Positions 27,893 through 41,699 are shown, counted from the first letter of the stretch. The stretch is DNA of 64,000 nucleotides from Eledone cirrhosa (GCA_964016885.1 OZ024740.1:338334001-338398000), one strand, 5' to 3'. Program-made: numbers and translations. The notes: generated by a model from the letters alone, not told the origin.

Positions 27893-30800
27893 GAGTGTGA
27901 GTAAGTACCGGTTCAACGGAGACGATAAAAACAAATAACGAAACGAAATTAAATTTCGTTTCGTTTGTAACTCACTTTTGTATGACTGACGCTTAAACAA
28001 TTAAGTTAAAGATGTACATCCATATATGTATACTGAAATACTAGTATGTATATGAATACACACACGTATACATATGTAGATGTACCAAGTTTTTTTTTTC
28101 TCACTGGTCACTTTACTGTGAGTGGCCAGCTATTCTGTATGTAAACACACAGACAAACCGGTTTTTAGAGTCATACTGGTTTTTGAGGAAACACCTTTCC
28201 TCTATTCTCCAGAAAGCCAGACAAGGAATATTGAACTAGTTTCGTTGTTGTTACAACTCATCAGCAATATTTACCTATCTTCCGGCCTCTCTAGAGAATC
28301 GTAAAAGCACATATCGTTATATGCTTTTTCTATGAAAATTAGTAGTGGGCAGACTAATTTGCATAGAGTGTGAGTAAGTACCGGTTCAACGGAGACGATA
28401 AAAACAAATAACGAAACGAAATTAAATTTCGTTTCGTTTGTAACTCACTTTTGTATGACTGACGCTTAAACAATTAAGTTAAAGATGTACATCCATATAT
28501 GTATACTGAAATACTAGTATGTATATGAATACACACACGTATACATATGTAGATGTACCAAGTTTTTTTTTTCTCACTGGTCACTTTACTGTGAGTGGCC
28601 AGCTATTCTGTATGTAAACACACAGACAAACCGGTTTTTAGAGTCATACTGGTTTTTGAGGAAACACCTTTCCTCTATTCTCCAGAAAGCCAGACAAGGA
28701 ATATTGAACTAGTTTCGTTGTTGTTACAACTCATCAGCAATATTTACCTATCTTCCGGCCTCTCTAGAGAATCGTAAAAGCACATATCGTTATATGCTTT
28801 TTCTATGAAAATTAGTAGTGGGCAGACTAATTTGCATAGAGTGTGAGTAAGTACCGGTTCAACGGAGACGATAAAAACAAATAACGAAACGAAATTAAAT
28901 TTCGTTTCGTTTGTAACTCACTTTTGTATGACTGACGCTTAAACAATTAAGTTAAAGATGTACATCCATATATGTATACTGAAATACTAGTATGTATATG
29001 AATACACACACGTATACATATGTAGATGTACCAAGTTTTTTTTTTCTCACTGGTCACTTTACTGTGAGTGGCCAGCTATTCTGTATGTAAACACACAGAC
29101 AAACCGGTTTTTAGAGTCATACTGGTTTTTGAGGAAACACCTTTCCTCTATTCTCCAGAAAGCCAGACAAGGAATATTGAACTAGTTTCGTTGTTGTTAC
29201 AACTCATCAGCAATATTTACCTATCTTCCGGCCTCTCTAGAGAATCGTAAAAGCACATATCGTTATATGCTTTTTCTATGAAAATTAGTAGTGGGCAGAC
29301 TAATTTGCATAGAGTGTGAGTAAGTACCGGTTCAACGGAGACGATAAAAACAAATAACGAAACGAAATTAAATTTCGTTTCGTTTGTAACTCACTTTTGT
29401 ATGACTGACGCTTAAACAATTAAGTTAAAGATGTACATCCATATATGTATACTGAAATACTAGTATGTATATGAATACACACACGTATACATATGTAGAT
29501 GTACCAAGTTTTTTTTTTCTCACTGGTCACTTTACTGTGAGTGGCCAGCTATTCTGTATGTAAACACACAGACAAACCGGTTTTTAGAGTCATACTGGTT
29601 TTTGAGGAAACACCTTTCCTCTATTCTCCAGAAAGCCAGACAAGGAATATTGAACTAGTTTCGTTGTTGTTACAACTCATCAGCAATATTTACCTATCTT
29701 CCGGCCTCTCTAGAGAATCGTAAAAGCACATATCGTTATATGCTTTTTCTATGAAAATTAGTAGTGGGCAGACTAATTTGCATAGAGTGTGAGTAAGTAC
29801 CGGTTCAACGGAGACGATAAAAACAAATAACGAAACGAAATTAAATTTCGTTTCGTTTGTAACTCACTTTTGTATGACTGACGCTTAAACAATTAAGTTA
29901 AAGATGTACATCCATATATGTATACTGAAATACTAGTATGTATATGAATACACACACGTATACATATGTAGATGTACCAAGTTTTTTTTTCTCACTGGTC
30001 ACTTTACTGTGAGTGGCCAGCTATTCTGTATGTAAACACACAGACAAACCGGTTTTTAGAGTCATACTGGTTTTTGAGGAAACACCTTTCCTCTATTCTC
30101 CAGAAAGCCAGACAAGGAATATTGAACTAGTTTCGTTGTTGTTACAACTCATCAGCAATATTTACCTATCTTCCGGCCTCTCTAGAGAATCGTAAAAGCA
30201 CATATCGTTATATGCTTTTTCTATGAAAATTAGTAGTGGGCAGACTAATTTGCATAGAGTGTGAGTAAGTACCGGTTCAACGGAGACGATAAAAACAAAT
30301 AACGAAACGAAATTAAATTTCGTTTCGTTTGTAACTCACTTTTGTATGACTGACGCTTAAACAATTAAGTTAAAGATGTACATCCATATATGTATACTGA
30401 AATACTAGTATGTATATGAATACACACACGTATACATATGTAGATGTACCAAGTTTTTTTTTTCTCACTGGTCACTTTACTGTGAGTGGCCAGCTATTCT
30501 GTATGTAAACACACAGACAAACCGGTTTTTAGAGTCATACTGGTTTTTGAGGAAACACCTTTCCTCTATTCTCCAGAAAGCCAGACAAGGAATATTGAAC
30601 TAGTTTCGTTGTTGTTACAACTCATCAGCAATATTTACCTATCTTCCGGCCTCTCTAGAGAATCGTAAAAGCACATATCGTTATATGCTTTTTCTATGAA
30701 AATTAGTAGTGGGCAGACTAATTTGCATAGAGTGTGAGTAAGTACCGGTTCAACGGAGACGATAAAAACAAATAACGAAACGAAATTAAATTTCGTTTCG

Positions 30801-31418
30801 TTTGTAACTCACTTTTGTATGACTGACGCTTAAACAATTAAGTTAAAGATGTACATCCATATATGTATACTGAAATACTAGTATGTATATGAATACACAC
30901 ACGTATACATATGTAGATGTACCAAGTTTTTTTTTTCTCACTGGTCACTTCACTGTGAGTGGCCAACAACAACGAAACTAGTTCAATATTCCTTGTCTGG
31001 CTTTCTGGAGAATAGAGGAAAGGTGTTTCCTCAAAAACCAGTATGACTCTAAAAACCGGTTTGTCTGTGTGTTTACATACAGAATAGCTGGCCACTCACA
31101 GTAAAGTGACCAGTGAGAAAAAAAAAACTTGGTACATCTACATATGTATACGTGTGTGTATTCATATACATACTAGTATTTCAGTATACATATATGGATG
31201 TACATCTTTAACTTAATTGTTTAAGCGTCAGTCATACAAAAGTGAGTTACAAACGAAACGAAATTTAATTTCGTTTCGTTATTTGTTTTTATCGTCTCCG
31301 TTGAACCGGTACTTACTCACACTCTATGCAAATTAGTCTGCCCACTACTAATTTTCATAGAAAAAGCATATAACGATATGTGCTTTTACGATTCTCTAGA
31401 GAGGCCGGAAGATAGGTA

Positions 31419-31463
31419 AATATTGCTGATGAGTTGTAACAACAACGAAACTAGTTCAATATT
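31419..31463 (+). ncRNA. Minimal type I hammerhead ribozyme (first of 3 plus-strand copies)
   Basis: Identical motif; other copies at 31892-31936 and 32366-32410; half copy at 30965-30990. Confidence 0.9.
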
Positions 31464-32705
31464 CCTTGTCTGGCTTTCTGGAGAATAGAGGAAAGGTGTT
31501 TCCTCAAAAACCAGTATGACTCTAAAAACCGGTTTGTCTGTGTGTTTACATACAGAATAGCTGGCCACTCACAGTAAAGTGACCAGTGAGAAAAAAAAAA
31601 CTTGGTACATCTACATATGTATACGTGTGTGTATTCATATACATACTAGTATTTCAGTATACATATATGGATGTACATCTTTAACTTAATTGTTTAAGCG
31701 TCAGTCATACAAAAGTGAGTTACAAACGAAACGAAATTTAATTTCGTTTCGTTATTTGTTTTTATCGTCTCCGTTGAATCGGTACTTACTCACACTCTAT
31801 GCAAATTAGTCTGCCCACTACTAATTTTCATAGAAAAAGCATATAACGATATGTGCTTTTACGATTCTCTAGAGAGGCCGGAAGATAGGTAAATATTGCT
31901 GATGAGTTGTAACAACAACGAAACTAGTTCAATATTCCTTGTCTGGCTTTCTGGAGAATAGAGGAAAGGTGTTTCCTCAAAAACCAGTATGACTCTAAAA
32001 ACCGGTTTGTCTGTGTGTTTACATACAGAATAGCTGGCCACTCACAGTAAAGTGACCAGTGAGAAAAAAAAAAACTTGGTACATCTACATATATATACGT
32101 GTGTGTATTCATATACATACTAGTATTTCAGTATACATATATGGATGTACATCTTTAACTTAATTGTTTAAGCGTCAGTCATACAAAAGTGAGTTACAAA
32201 CGAAACGAAATTTAATTTCGTTTCGTTATTTGTTTTTATCGTCTCCGTTGAACCGGTACTTACTCACACTCTATGCAAATTAGTCTGCCCACTACTAATT
32301 TTCATAGAAAAAGCATATAACGATATGTGCTTTTACGATTCTCTAGAGAGGCCGGAAGATAGGTAAATATTGCTGATGAGTTGTAACAACAACGAAACTA
32401 GTTCAATATTCCTTGTCTGGCTTTCTGGAGAATAGAGGAAAGGTGTTTCCTCAAAAACCAGTATGACTCTAAAAACCGGTTTGTCTGTGTGTTTACATAC
32501 AGAATAGCTGGCCACTCACAGTAAAGTGACCAGTGAGAAAAAAAAAACTTGGTACATCTACATATGTATACGTGTGTGTATTCATATACATACTAGTATT
32601 TCAGTATACATATATGGATGTACATCTTTAACTTAATTGTTTAAGCGTCAGTCATACAAAAGTGAGTTACAAACGAAACGAAATTTAATTTCGTTTCGTT
32701 ATTTG

Positions 32706-32712
<7 letters not shown>

Positions 32713-32786
<74 letters not shown>

Positions 32787-32787
32787 G

Positions 32788-32842
<55 letters not shown>

Positions 32843-32875
32843 GTATATATATATATGTATATATATATGTATATA

Positions 32876-32930
<55 letters not shown>

Positions 32931-32931
32931 G

Positions 32932-32982
<51 letters not shown>

Positions 32983-33027
32983 GTATATATATATATATGT
33001 ATATATATATATGTATATATATATATG

Positions 33028-33112
<85 letters not shown>

Positions 33113-33169
33113 ATATATATATATGTATATATATATATGTATATATATATATATGTATATATATATATG

Positions 33170-33220
<51 letters not shown>

Positions 33221-33233
33221 GTATATATATATG

Positions 33234-33287
<54 letters not shown>

Positions 33288-33357
33288 TGTATATATATTT
33301 ATATGTATATATATATATATGTATATATATGTATATATATATGTATATATATATATG

Positions 33358-33406
<49 letters not shown>

Positions 33407-33431
33407 ATATATATGTATATATATATATATG

Positions 33432-33470
<39 letters not shown>

Positions 33471-33505
33471 ATATATGTATATATATATATATATGTATGC
33501 ATATA

Positions 33506-33542
<37 letters not shown>

Positions 33543-33551
33543 ATATATATG

Positions 33552-33585
<34 letters not shown>

Positions 33586-33625
33586 TATACATATATCTAT
33601 ATATATATATATGTATATATATATA
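32713..33625. repeat. Long interrupted (TA)n/(TATG) microsatellite
   Basis: Direct inspection; right flank of the array. Confidence 0.95.
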
Positions 33626-35710
33626 TCATCATCATCATCATCATCAACGTTTAACGTCTGTGTTCCACGCTTGCATGGGTTTGGACGGGGGTAGTCCCAC
33701 TTGAGGCAAGAGTGATTGTCTTGCTCGCATAGGACTGTCTGGCAGGTTTTCTACAGTTGGATGCCCTTCCTAACACCAACCACATTTACAGTGTGGGTCT
33801 GGGAGGTTTTTACCGTGTTGCCTACACGGCCACATTACAGCGTGGACTGTGTGTTTTCTTGTCGTGACACCTACACGATCTCATTTGTTTCGGCCTGGAT
33901 GGCGCGGCACCAACATAACTTTACATAGAACGGGGTGGTGTGGATGGGGTGGGGGTGGTGGTGGTGGGACGGGGTGTATTTTGTTAGAGATGCCTACTGG
34001 CTGTTGAAGGTTTTACTATGTATTTAGGTAAGGCGGGTCTTCTCTGTTACTGAGTACTGCCAAAGGTCTCGGTCCAGTGACATTGTCTTGGAGAGGTGTA
34101 AGTGTGTGAGGTTGGAGTTTATCAGCTCGTCCCAGGTTTTTCTAGGTCTGCCTATTCCGTGGCTACCGTCTATCTTTATTGCCCTGCACTTTGTTATACA
34201 GCTATTGACTTTCATGCGCATCACGTGTCCATACCAACGTAGCCTTCTCTCGAGTAAACAACATCTGATCCCTCTTATTTCTAATTTTTTCCTTAGTTCG
34301 TTTATGCTTTGCCTTTCACGTATATTACTGTTACACATCCAGCGGAGCATGCAAGCTTCGTTCCTCTCTAGTCTGCGTATATCCTCTGCACACAATGCCC
34401 AGGTCTCACTGCCATGCAACATTGCTGTTTGTATGCAGGCATCGTACAAACTGCCTTTCATTTTTAGGGAGAACCCTTTAGCAGCTAATAGTGGTATAAG
34501 CTCTCTGAACTTTTTCCAACCAGTTCTGACTCTAGCTACTGTACTTTCAGAGCACCCTCCCCCACTGCTGATTTTATCGCCCAGGTAACGGAAGCTGTCC
34601 ACTATTTCTATAGAACCCTCTGCGCAATTGAAAGAGCTAGTATTTTGTGAGCACTTGCTGCTACTTATTGCACCAGAGCACCGGCCACATGTAAAATCTA
34701 TGTTCTTAGTTAGCTTACCTGTGATCCCACTACATCTTTTATGCACCCATACTTTGCATTTAGGACATAAAATGGAGTTTCTACCTACGCCTTTCCTACA
34801 CACCGAGCATGACCATTTCCCAGAAGGGACCGCCGCCTTATTTTCTTTCCTACAAACTAGAACTTTAGTCTTAGCCAGGTTAATTTTAAGTCCTTTTGAT
34901 TCTAGGCCGTGCTTCCATGTTTGGAATTTCTTCTCTAGCTCGGCTATTGATTCCGCTATGAGTGTCAAGTCGTCTGCGTATAGGAGTTCCCATGGGCAGC
35001 CGGTCTTGAACTCCTCTGTTATAGCCTGAAGGGCAATAATAAATAGTAGGGGGCTGAGAACAGAGCCCTGATGGACGCCAACTTTTATGCTAAACTCTTC
35101 ACTATATTCGTTGTTAATTCTAACCTTGCTGACTGTTTCTTTATACATGGTTTGTATAGCTCTCACAAGCCATTCGTCAACGCCTAGTTTTCTAAGAGCC
35201 CACCAGATAATGGAGCGGGGGACTCTGTCGAAGGCTTTCTCCAAGTCGACAAAAGCTAAGTAGAGGGGTTTACATTTAGCTAGGTACTTCTCCTGTAGTT
35301 GTCGTACAATGAAAAGAGCGTCTGTGGTACTTTTGCCTGACACAAACCCGAACTGCATTTCATCTAGGTCAATTAGTTGCGCTATTACTTTTTCCGTGAC
35401 CTTCATGACCTGGTCGATTAATTTAATGCCTCTATAGTTACTCCTATCTAGGGCGTCTCCTTTACCCTTATAACAGTTAACGATGATGCTGCTATGCCAG
35501 TCCTTCGGAACAACCCCATTCTGTACGACTTGGTTAACTATGCGGGTGACCATGGTGTGTCCCACCGTGCCAGATGCCTTCAGCATCTCAGCAACTATTT
35601 CCGAAGGCCCAGCCGCCCTACCCGTCTTCATATCCTTGATTGCCTTACTTATTATACTCCCCTCGACTAACACTGCTGGTCCCTCTATTGGGTCGATATG
35701 GGGGAGACGT
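33626..35710 (-). mobile_element. 5'-truncated RTE LINE with uninterrupted RT-PHD-C-terminal frame, 3' UTR and (TGA)n tail
   Basis: Open frame 35709 to 34024 with all RT motifs and a 4-aa in-frame deletion before LDEMQFG; tail catcatcat at 33626-33645. Confidence 0.95.
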
Positions 35711-35761
35711 ATATATATATATATATGTATATATATAAATATGTGTATATATATATATGTG

Positions 35762-35857
<96 letters not shown>

Positions 35858-35866
35858 TATATGTGC

Positions 35867-35905
<39 letters not shown>

Positions 35906-35914
35906 TATATGTGC

Positions 35915-35955
<41 letters not shown>

Positions 35956-36297
35956 TATATGTGTGTGTGTGTTGCTGATGGAAACTTAGGGGTGCCATAA
36001 TGACTTACAGCATGCCTTGGGTCTTTTTCACCTGACAGAACCGATTCTCTCTCCAAGTCTGTACATGATTTTTTCCAGAGAAGTAGAGAGAGGGAGAGAG
36101 GGAGATAGTGCTAGAAAGGCAGTACTAAAGAGATATAGAGGAAGAATCGAACCAGTATTGTACTGGTACTTTTTCTATCAACATGGAAAGGAAGAAAGAC
36201 ATAGTTAACCTAAATGGGATTTAAAATGAGAGCGCAGAAGCTGGAACAAATACTACAAACAATATATCGAACATTCTAATGACTCTCAAATTGCTGC

Positions 36298-36357
<60 letters not shown>

Positions 36358-36437
36358 CATATATATATATATTAAAACTCATTCTTTGACATACTCATTG
36401 AATATTGTTTAACACTTTAATATATATATATATATGC

Positions 36438-36524
<87 letters not shown>

Positions 36525-36719
36525 TGTATGTATATAAATCAGGATGGATTCAGTTAGAAACTAGTTAGACCATTACTAAGCAGAGTACACAATACTTGGG
36601 GTAGTAGAGTATGGTTATATGAATTAGTCAGAACCCCAATGGCTGAGCTCTTGCCCCATTTCAACAGCTAATTCCAGACTCAGTCTGGGGGTCCTGACTC
36701 ATTCATTTATATATATATA

Positions 36720-36755
<36 letters not shown>

Positions 36756-36876
36756 GGAGGTGAGTTTTATTGTAGTACAATAAAGCAATGCAGATATCGG
36801 ATAAGAAGCACTCTACAGTTTGTAGGACTGGAGTATGCATAATATAAGATCAAAAGATGGTTAAAGGAGTTCCATG

Positions 36877-36947
36877 TATTTTATTATGCGCATTTCAAAA
36901 ACAAACATCATCATGCAATAATATTTGTGTTTTCATCAGATAAAACA
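36877..36947 (-). ncRNA. Intact type I hammerhead ribozyme
   Basis: tgttttat CTGATGA aaacacaaatatta ttgcatga tgatgtttgttttt GAAA tgcgc ATA ataaaata; 8-bp stem I, 13-bp stem II, palindromic stem III ATGCGCAT. Confidence 0.85.
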
Positions 36948-37025
36948 GGAGAACATGATATGAAGGCTAAAAAATACTTGTGGATAGTGCAGTTTTAAAT
37001 CAACATATATATATATATATATATT

Positions 37026-37093
<68 letters not shown>

Positions 37094-37456
37094 GTATATA
37101 TATATATATATGTATATATAACAAAGAGGGTGTGGTAAGATACCAGGTGGATCATAATGCACCAGAGTACTCAATACTTTGGGTAGTAGAGTGGGTAATA
37201 TGAAAAGATTCAGAACCCCAATGGCTGAGCTCTGGCCGTTTCGACAGCTATATGAAAGGATTCTTCGACTGTGTCAAATACATAACCTCCCTAGTGCTAA
37301 TACCACAATAAAATACACTCAAGGGAGTGTTGGAAGATTTGTAAGTGAAATGCAGATCCCTGGCCCACCTAAGTATTCAGTAGAGTGGAAGAACATCAGT
37401 AAGCAAGATGTTGGTGATAGAAGTGTTGTGGTAGAAGTGGATTACTGACCATTATA

Positions 37457-37646
37457 ATAATTGTTTCTACTTTTGGCACAAGGCCAGCAAATTACCCAGT
37501 ACATTACTGGTACTTTATTTTATCGACCTCTGTATGGATGAAAGGTAAAGTTAACCTGGGTGGGATTTGAACTCATATCGTAAAGGGACGTAACTATGCT
37601 GGAAAGCATGTCCGACCCTCTACCGATACTGCAAATTCACCGCCCT
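37457..37646 (-). mobile_element. tRNA-derived SINE with 17-bp TSD
   Basis: ctgaccattataataat at 37445-37461 and 37647-37663. Confidence 0.92.
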
Positions 37647-37663
37647 CTGACCATTATAATAAT

Positions 37664-37862
37664 AGGGGTGTTGGATTGGCAGAATCGGTAGAGCTTCGGA
37701 CATCATGCTTTGCGGCATAGAGTTACGTCTCTTTATGTTTTGAGTTCAAATCCCGCCGAGGTTAACGTTGCCTTTCATCCTTATGGGGTCGATAAAATAA
37801 AGTACCAGTAATGCACTGGGATAATTGCTGACCTTGTGCCAAAAGTAGGAACAATTATAATA
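37664..37862 (+). mobile_element. tRNA-derived SINE, head-to-head with the previous copy
   Basis: A box TGGCAGAATCGG, B box GAGTTCAAATCC, family core and AT-rich tail. Confidence 0.92.
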
Positions 37863-38364
37863 ATAGTAGTGATGGTGGTATTAGGGTGGGTAGTGACATT
37901 AGTTTTGGTTGTGGTGGGGGAGAGATTGTTGCTGTTGCTGGTGATGATGAAGTGGATCTTCTTCTTCTTCTTGTATGATATATGCTCAGTAGCTAGAGAG
38001 GCAGGTGGAGACAGGTGAGCCAGACCAAGATGAAGTGGTAAAAGATGAAGCAGTGACAATGTCAGTGACATATTGTTGTGATGGTGGTGGTGGTAGTGGA
38101 GTGGTTTTTGTTGTTGCTGGTATGATAGTGATGACAATGAAGTGGTAAAAATAAAATTGAAATTGTAGGGGAGATGGTTGTGATAGGGGTGATTAGATAG
38201 TGATAGTATCAGTGAGATGTTGCTGTTGATGTCGATGGTGGTGGTGGTGGTGATGGGGGTTTGTCAGCATGAGGTAATCAATATCACTAATGTAGTTACA
38301 TCATCATTATTAAAAGCTTGAATCAACAGCAACTATTTCTACTACTACTACTACAACTACTACA

Positions 38365-38401
<37 letters not shown>

Positions 38402-39306
38402 ATACTACCTCAACAGCAACAGAACCTGTTAGAAATAGCAGCCAAGCCTCCCTAAAATCAAACCCTGGTATGCCTTTCATTATATGGCTCCTCGATTAGG
38501 GTTAACCTAATACCACCACCACCAATATCAACAACAACATTAACAACATCAACAACAAGAAGCCACTATTGCTACAGCAAAAATATACCTGTTACAGTCA
38601 CCACCACCATACCAACCTCCCAAACTACCATTATCAACCTACCATCACCTTCTATACCACAAGCACCACCTCCCATACCACAACCATTGCCATCACCATC
38701 TACCATAACCACCACAAATGCCACCATCACATATATAACCCCACCCCGACAACAAACATTGCCACGAGCCAGGAACCTGGCAGCAATCAGCTTTGAGCGG
38801 AAGGCATCTCTGCCAAGTAAGATATTCTGACTGTTGACACAGCTATGAAAATATGTCACACTGCAGGAGATTTTCTACAAATCATTGAAAATACAATAGA
38901 GAGGTGTTGGTGTCATACCAGAGATTCTTTAGAGCTCTGATCTACACACTTATTATGTTGCAGAACCTTTATAGGAATTTTCCACAAAGATTGTGGAACA
39001 CATCCAAATATTTTGGGGCAATCCTCACAACCCTAATTTTAATATGACATTACTGAAACAAAATTTAGTATAAAGAGAGAATTTCTTTAGATTAAAGAAA
39101 AACAAAACATAAATATATTTTGTCCAATTTTATTAATTATTTCATTACCATATTTGTAATGAAAGACTGCTAAAGATTTTCAGTTAATTTTCAAAATAAT
39201 CAAGAATTTGTAAGGATTTATTAAAGTAACTTTTATATCATTCAGTTAATGTTTGGAGAATAACTTATCAACATTTTCTTTCATTAAATTATGTAAAGTT
39301 TTAAAT

Positions 39307-40165
39307 TACTATATATACTCGAATATAAGGTCACCCTCTCCTATTTTATGTCTGAGAAATTTGCAAAAGTCCAAACCCCATTTATAATCTGAGGCAACTA
39401 ATCAACATATTATGTTTAGATGGTGTGGTTTTGAAATTCTCATGAGCATAACATATATTTATGAAGTTTTGATATTTTGATGTTTAAAATGTTTTATGTC
39501 TAGTTTTTGTTTCACAACTCCATTACGTAATGAGTTGAGTTTCTCAAATTGTTGTTTATGTCTGGCCACTCACAAGCTAGGAGTACTTTGAAAGCTAGAG
39601 ATAGAATAAGAGAACCTTGTATAGAAGAGATAGAATAACAGCACTTTGTATAAGGATTCATAGAGCAGAAGAGAGAGGGAGCAACAGCAAGCAAGAGAGA
39701 GGAGAGACAGAGTGATAAAAAGAGTGAGTGAGAGTGAGAAGGGAGAGAGTGAGTGCAATAAAATAAATTTTCAATTAAGATTGAAAGAAAAAAATACTGT
39801 CAGAGAAAGACCATGCATGTGTGTGTGTGCATGTTTGTTTCTGTGTGCACTTGTGCATCAGTGTATGTATAATGGGATATTTGATATTTATGCATTAAAA
39901 AGTTCAAGTTATAAAAAAATGATGGAAATATTTAAATAAAACTAACAATGAGGTAGTAAATGTAGAAAAACAGTGTTTCATTGTGAAATAATCACTCCAG
40001 ATATTTTAGCTTCTTATTTATGTAGAATTTCAAGTAAGTGAAAATCATCAAAATATTGACCCTGTATATATTGACCCCATATATAAGCTGATTCCCCCTA
40101 GCCATCTTACCATTTTATCGTTTTTGGTCACATATTCCTCAGTTTATATTCAAATATATATGGTA
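39307..40165. mobile_element. Decayed Tc1/mariner-pogo-type non-autonomous element
   Basis: Imperfect TIRs tactatatatactcgaatataag and tttatattcaaatatatatggta, starting and ending in TA. Confidence 0.5.
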
Positions 40166-41699
40166 AATATGAACATGTTAACACAAACATCTTAGTATCA
40201 TTGAACCAGGAGTGGTTTAAGGCTGGAATGGCACCTTATCTCACAGAACTTGGGAAATACTGATCTAAAGATTTATAAGGCTGAAGACACACAATAGGTA
40301 GATGTGAGAGTCATGATTGAGAATCTCAAGAGCAGTGTTTTCCAAATTTGGTTCCAAGGAACTTAAAAGTTCAGCGACAACATTCTGAAGTTATACAAAG
40401 CACATGTACCTTAAAGAATCCCAGTTTTATACAAATGTGTATCATTTAAATAAATATATAATAATTTCCTTTGATTAATAAATAGATCACTACATCATTA
40501 CCATGTAGCATCCATGTGAAAATATCCAAAGCAGTAGAAAAAGAGTTGTGGTGTTATGATTTATAACATGATTTGGCATGGGTGAGTGTGGACTGTGTAG
40601 TAAAAAAATGCAGGCTTAGTAATTTTCTTGATGTAGTCAGAGCAAGAAGTGTCAGTTTACTAAACTGAAAATAATTTAAAAGCATTTTAAGGTTATTTTC
40701 CCCTACTAGAGCAGGTTCAGCCATGAAGACCCCATGACAGGCTTCATACTCACCATGTGGTCTTTCTTTAGGCAATATTTTAGGGCTAGAAGCCCTTCCT
40801 CTGACCAACACTTTTTAATCAGCTTACCACAGTAGAATTGCCAGTTCTCTCCCTTGAAATTTTGAATCAAATGTATAGTTCCTGCACAATAGATTAACAC
40901 ATCATATTGTATGTGGTGTATTATATGTAATTGGATAGTGTTTACCCTTTAGACATTTATATATATAAAATCTTGACTGCAGATACAGTTATCATGTTTA
41001 AACAGACTGAATGCTTTCTTGTTATATTGATTGGTAAATAAAAATATTGTAGTGATTCCATCATTGTTTTCTCGACATTGTAACATCTACTCAATGTTTT
41101 AAATGTGATTCTTACAAACAGTTACTTTGGTAAGCTTCAGGTTATGAAGCTATATTGATTGGAGGCTGGTCGTTATTTGTATGTGGAGTTCAATGAGAGG
41201 AAATTTGTGTGAAAACTATAGTTTGCTGTTGTTTCTGTAAACACTACTTACTGTTTGCTAAATACTCCCACACCACCCCAAAGTTACCATGAAAATGCTA
41301 TTAACAACTAGCACTAAAGTATTAGTCTTCCAAGACAATTTTAGATAAACATGTAAGTACTAGCCATAAAACTGATCTGAACAAATGTGTGAATTAAGGA
41401 ATAGTATTGTATTTAATACTGATCTCAAAACAAATGATTGATAATTTCAGCATTCAGTTTGTCAGATGCTACACAAAGAAATGATTGGCTAATACTTAGA
41501 GTAAGAAGTACAGGTCAGTGGTGAGAAACAGAAGTGTAGCAGGAGATATATGAGGAGGGGATATCAGTTATCCCCTCCTGGTGCAGCTATAAAGGAGTGC
41601 AAAATTTCCTCTGACATAACATACTTGTTAATGAAGATGGAGTGCCAACATTTCTTTATCTTTAGATGTGAGAGCCCTTACTATGCCATTGGTTAGACA

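Noticed and set aside
32637-33704. Long YI-rich ORFs here and at other (TA)n tracts
   Set aside because: Translation artefacts of microsatellites
40330-41350. Possible hAT/Charlie-like relic starting cagtgttttccaaa
   Set aside because: No matching second TIR or convincing transposase motif found
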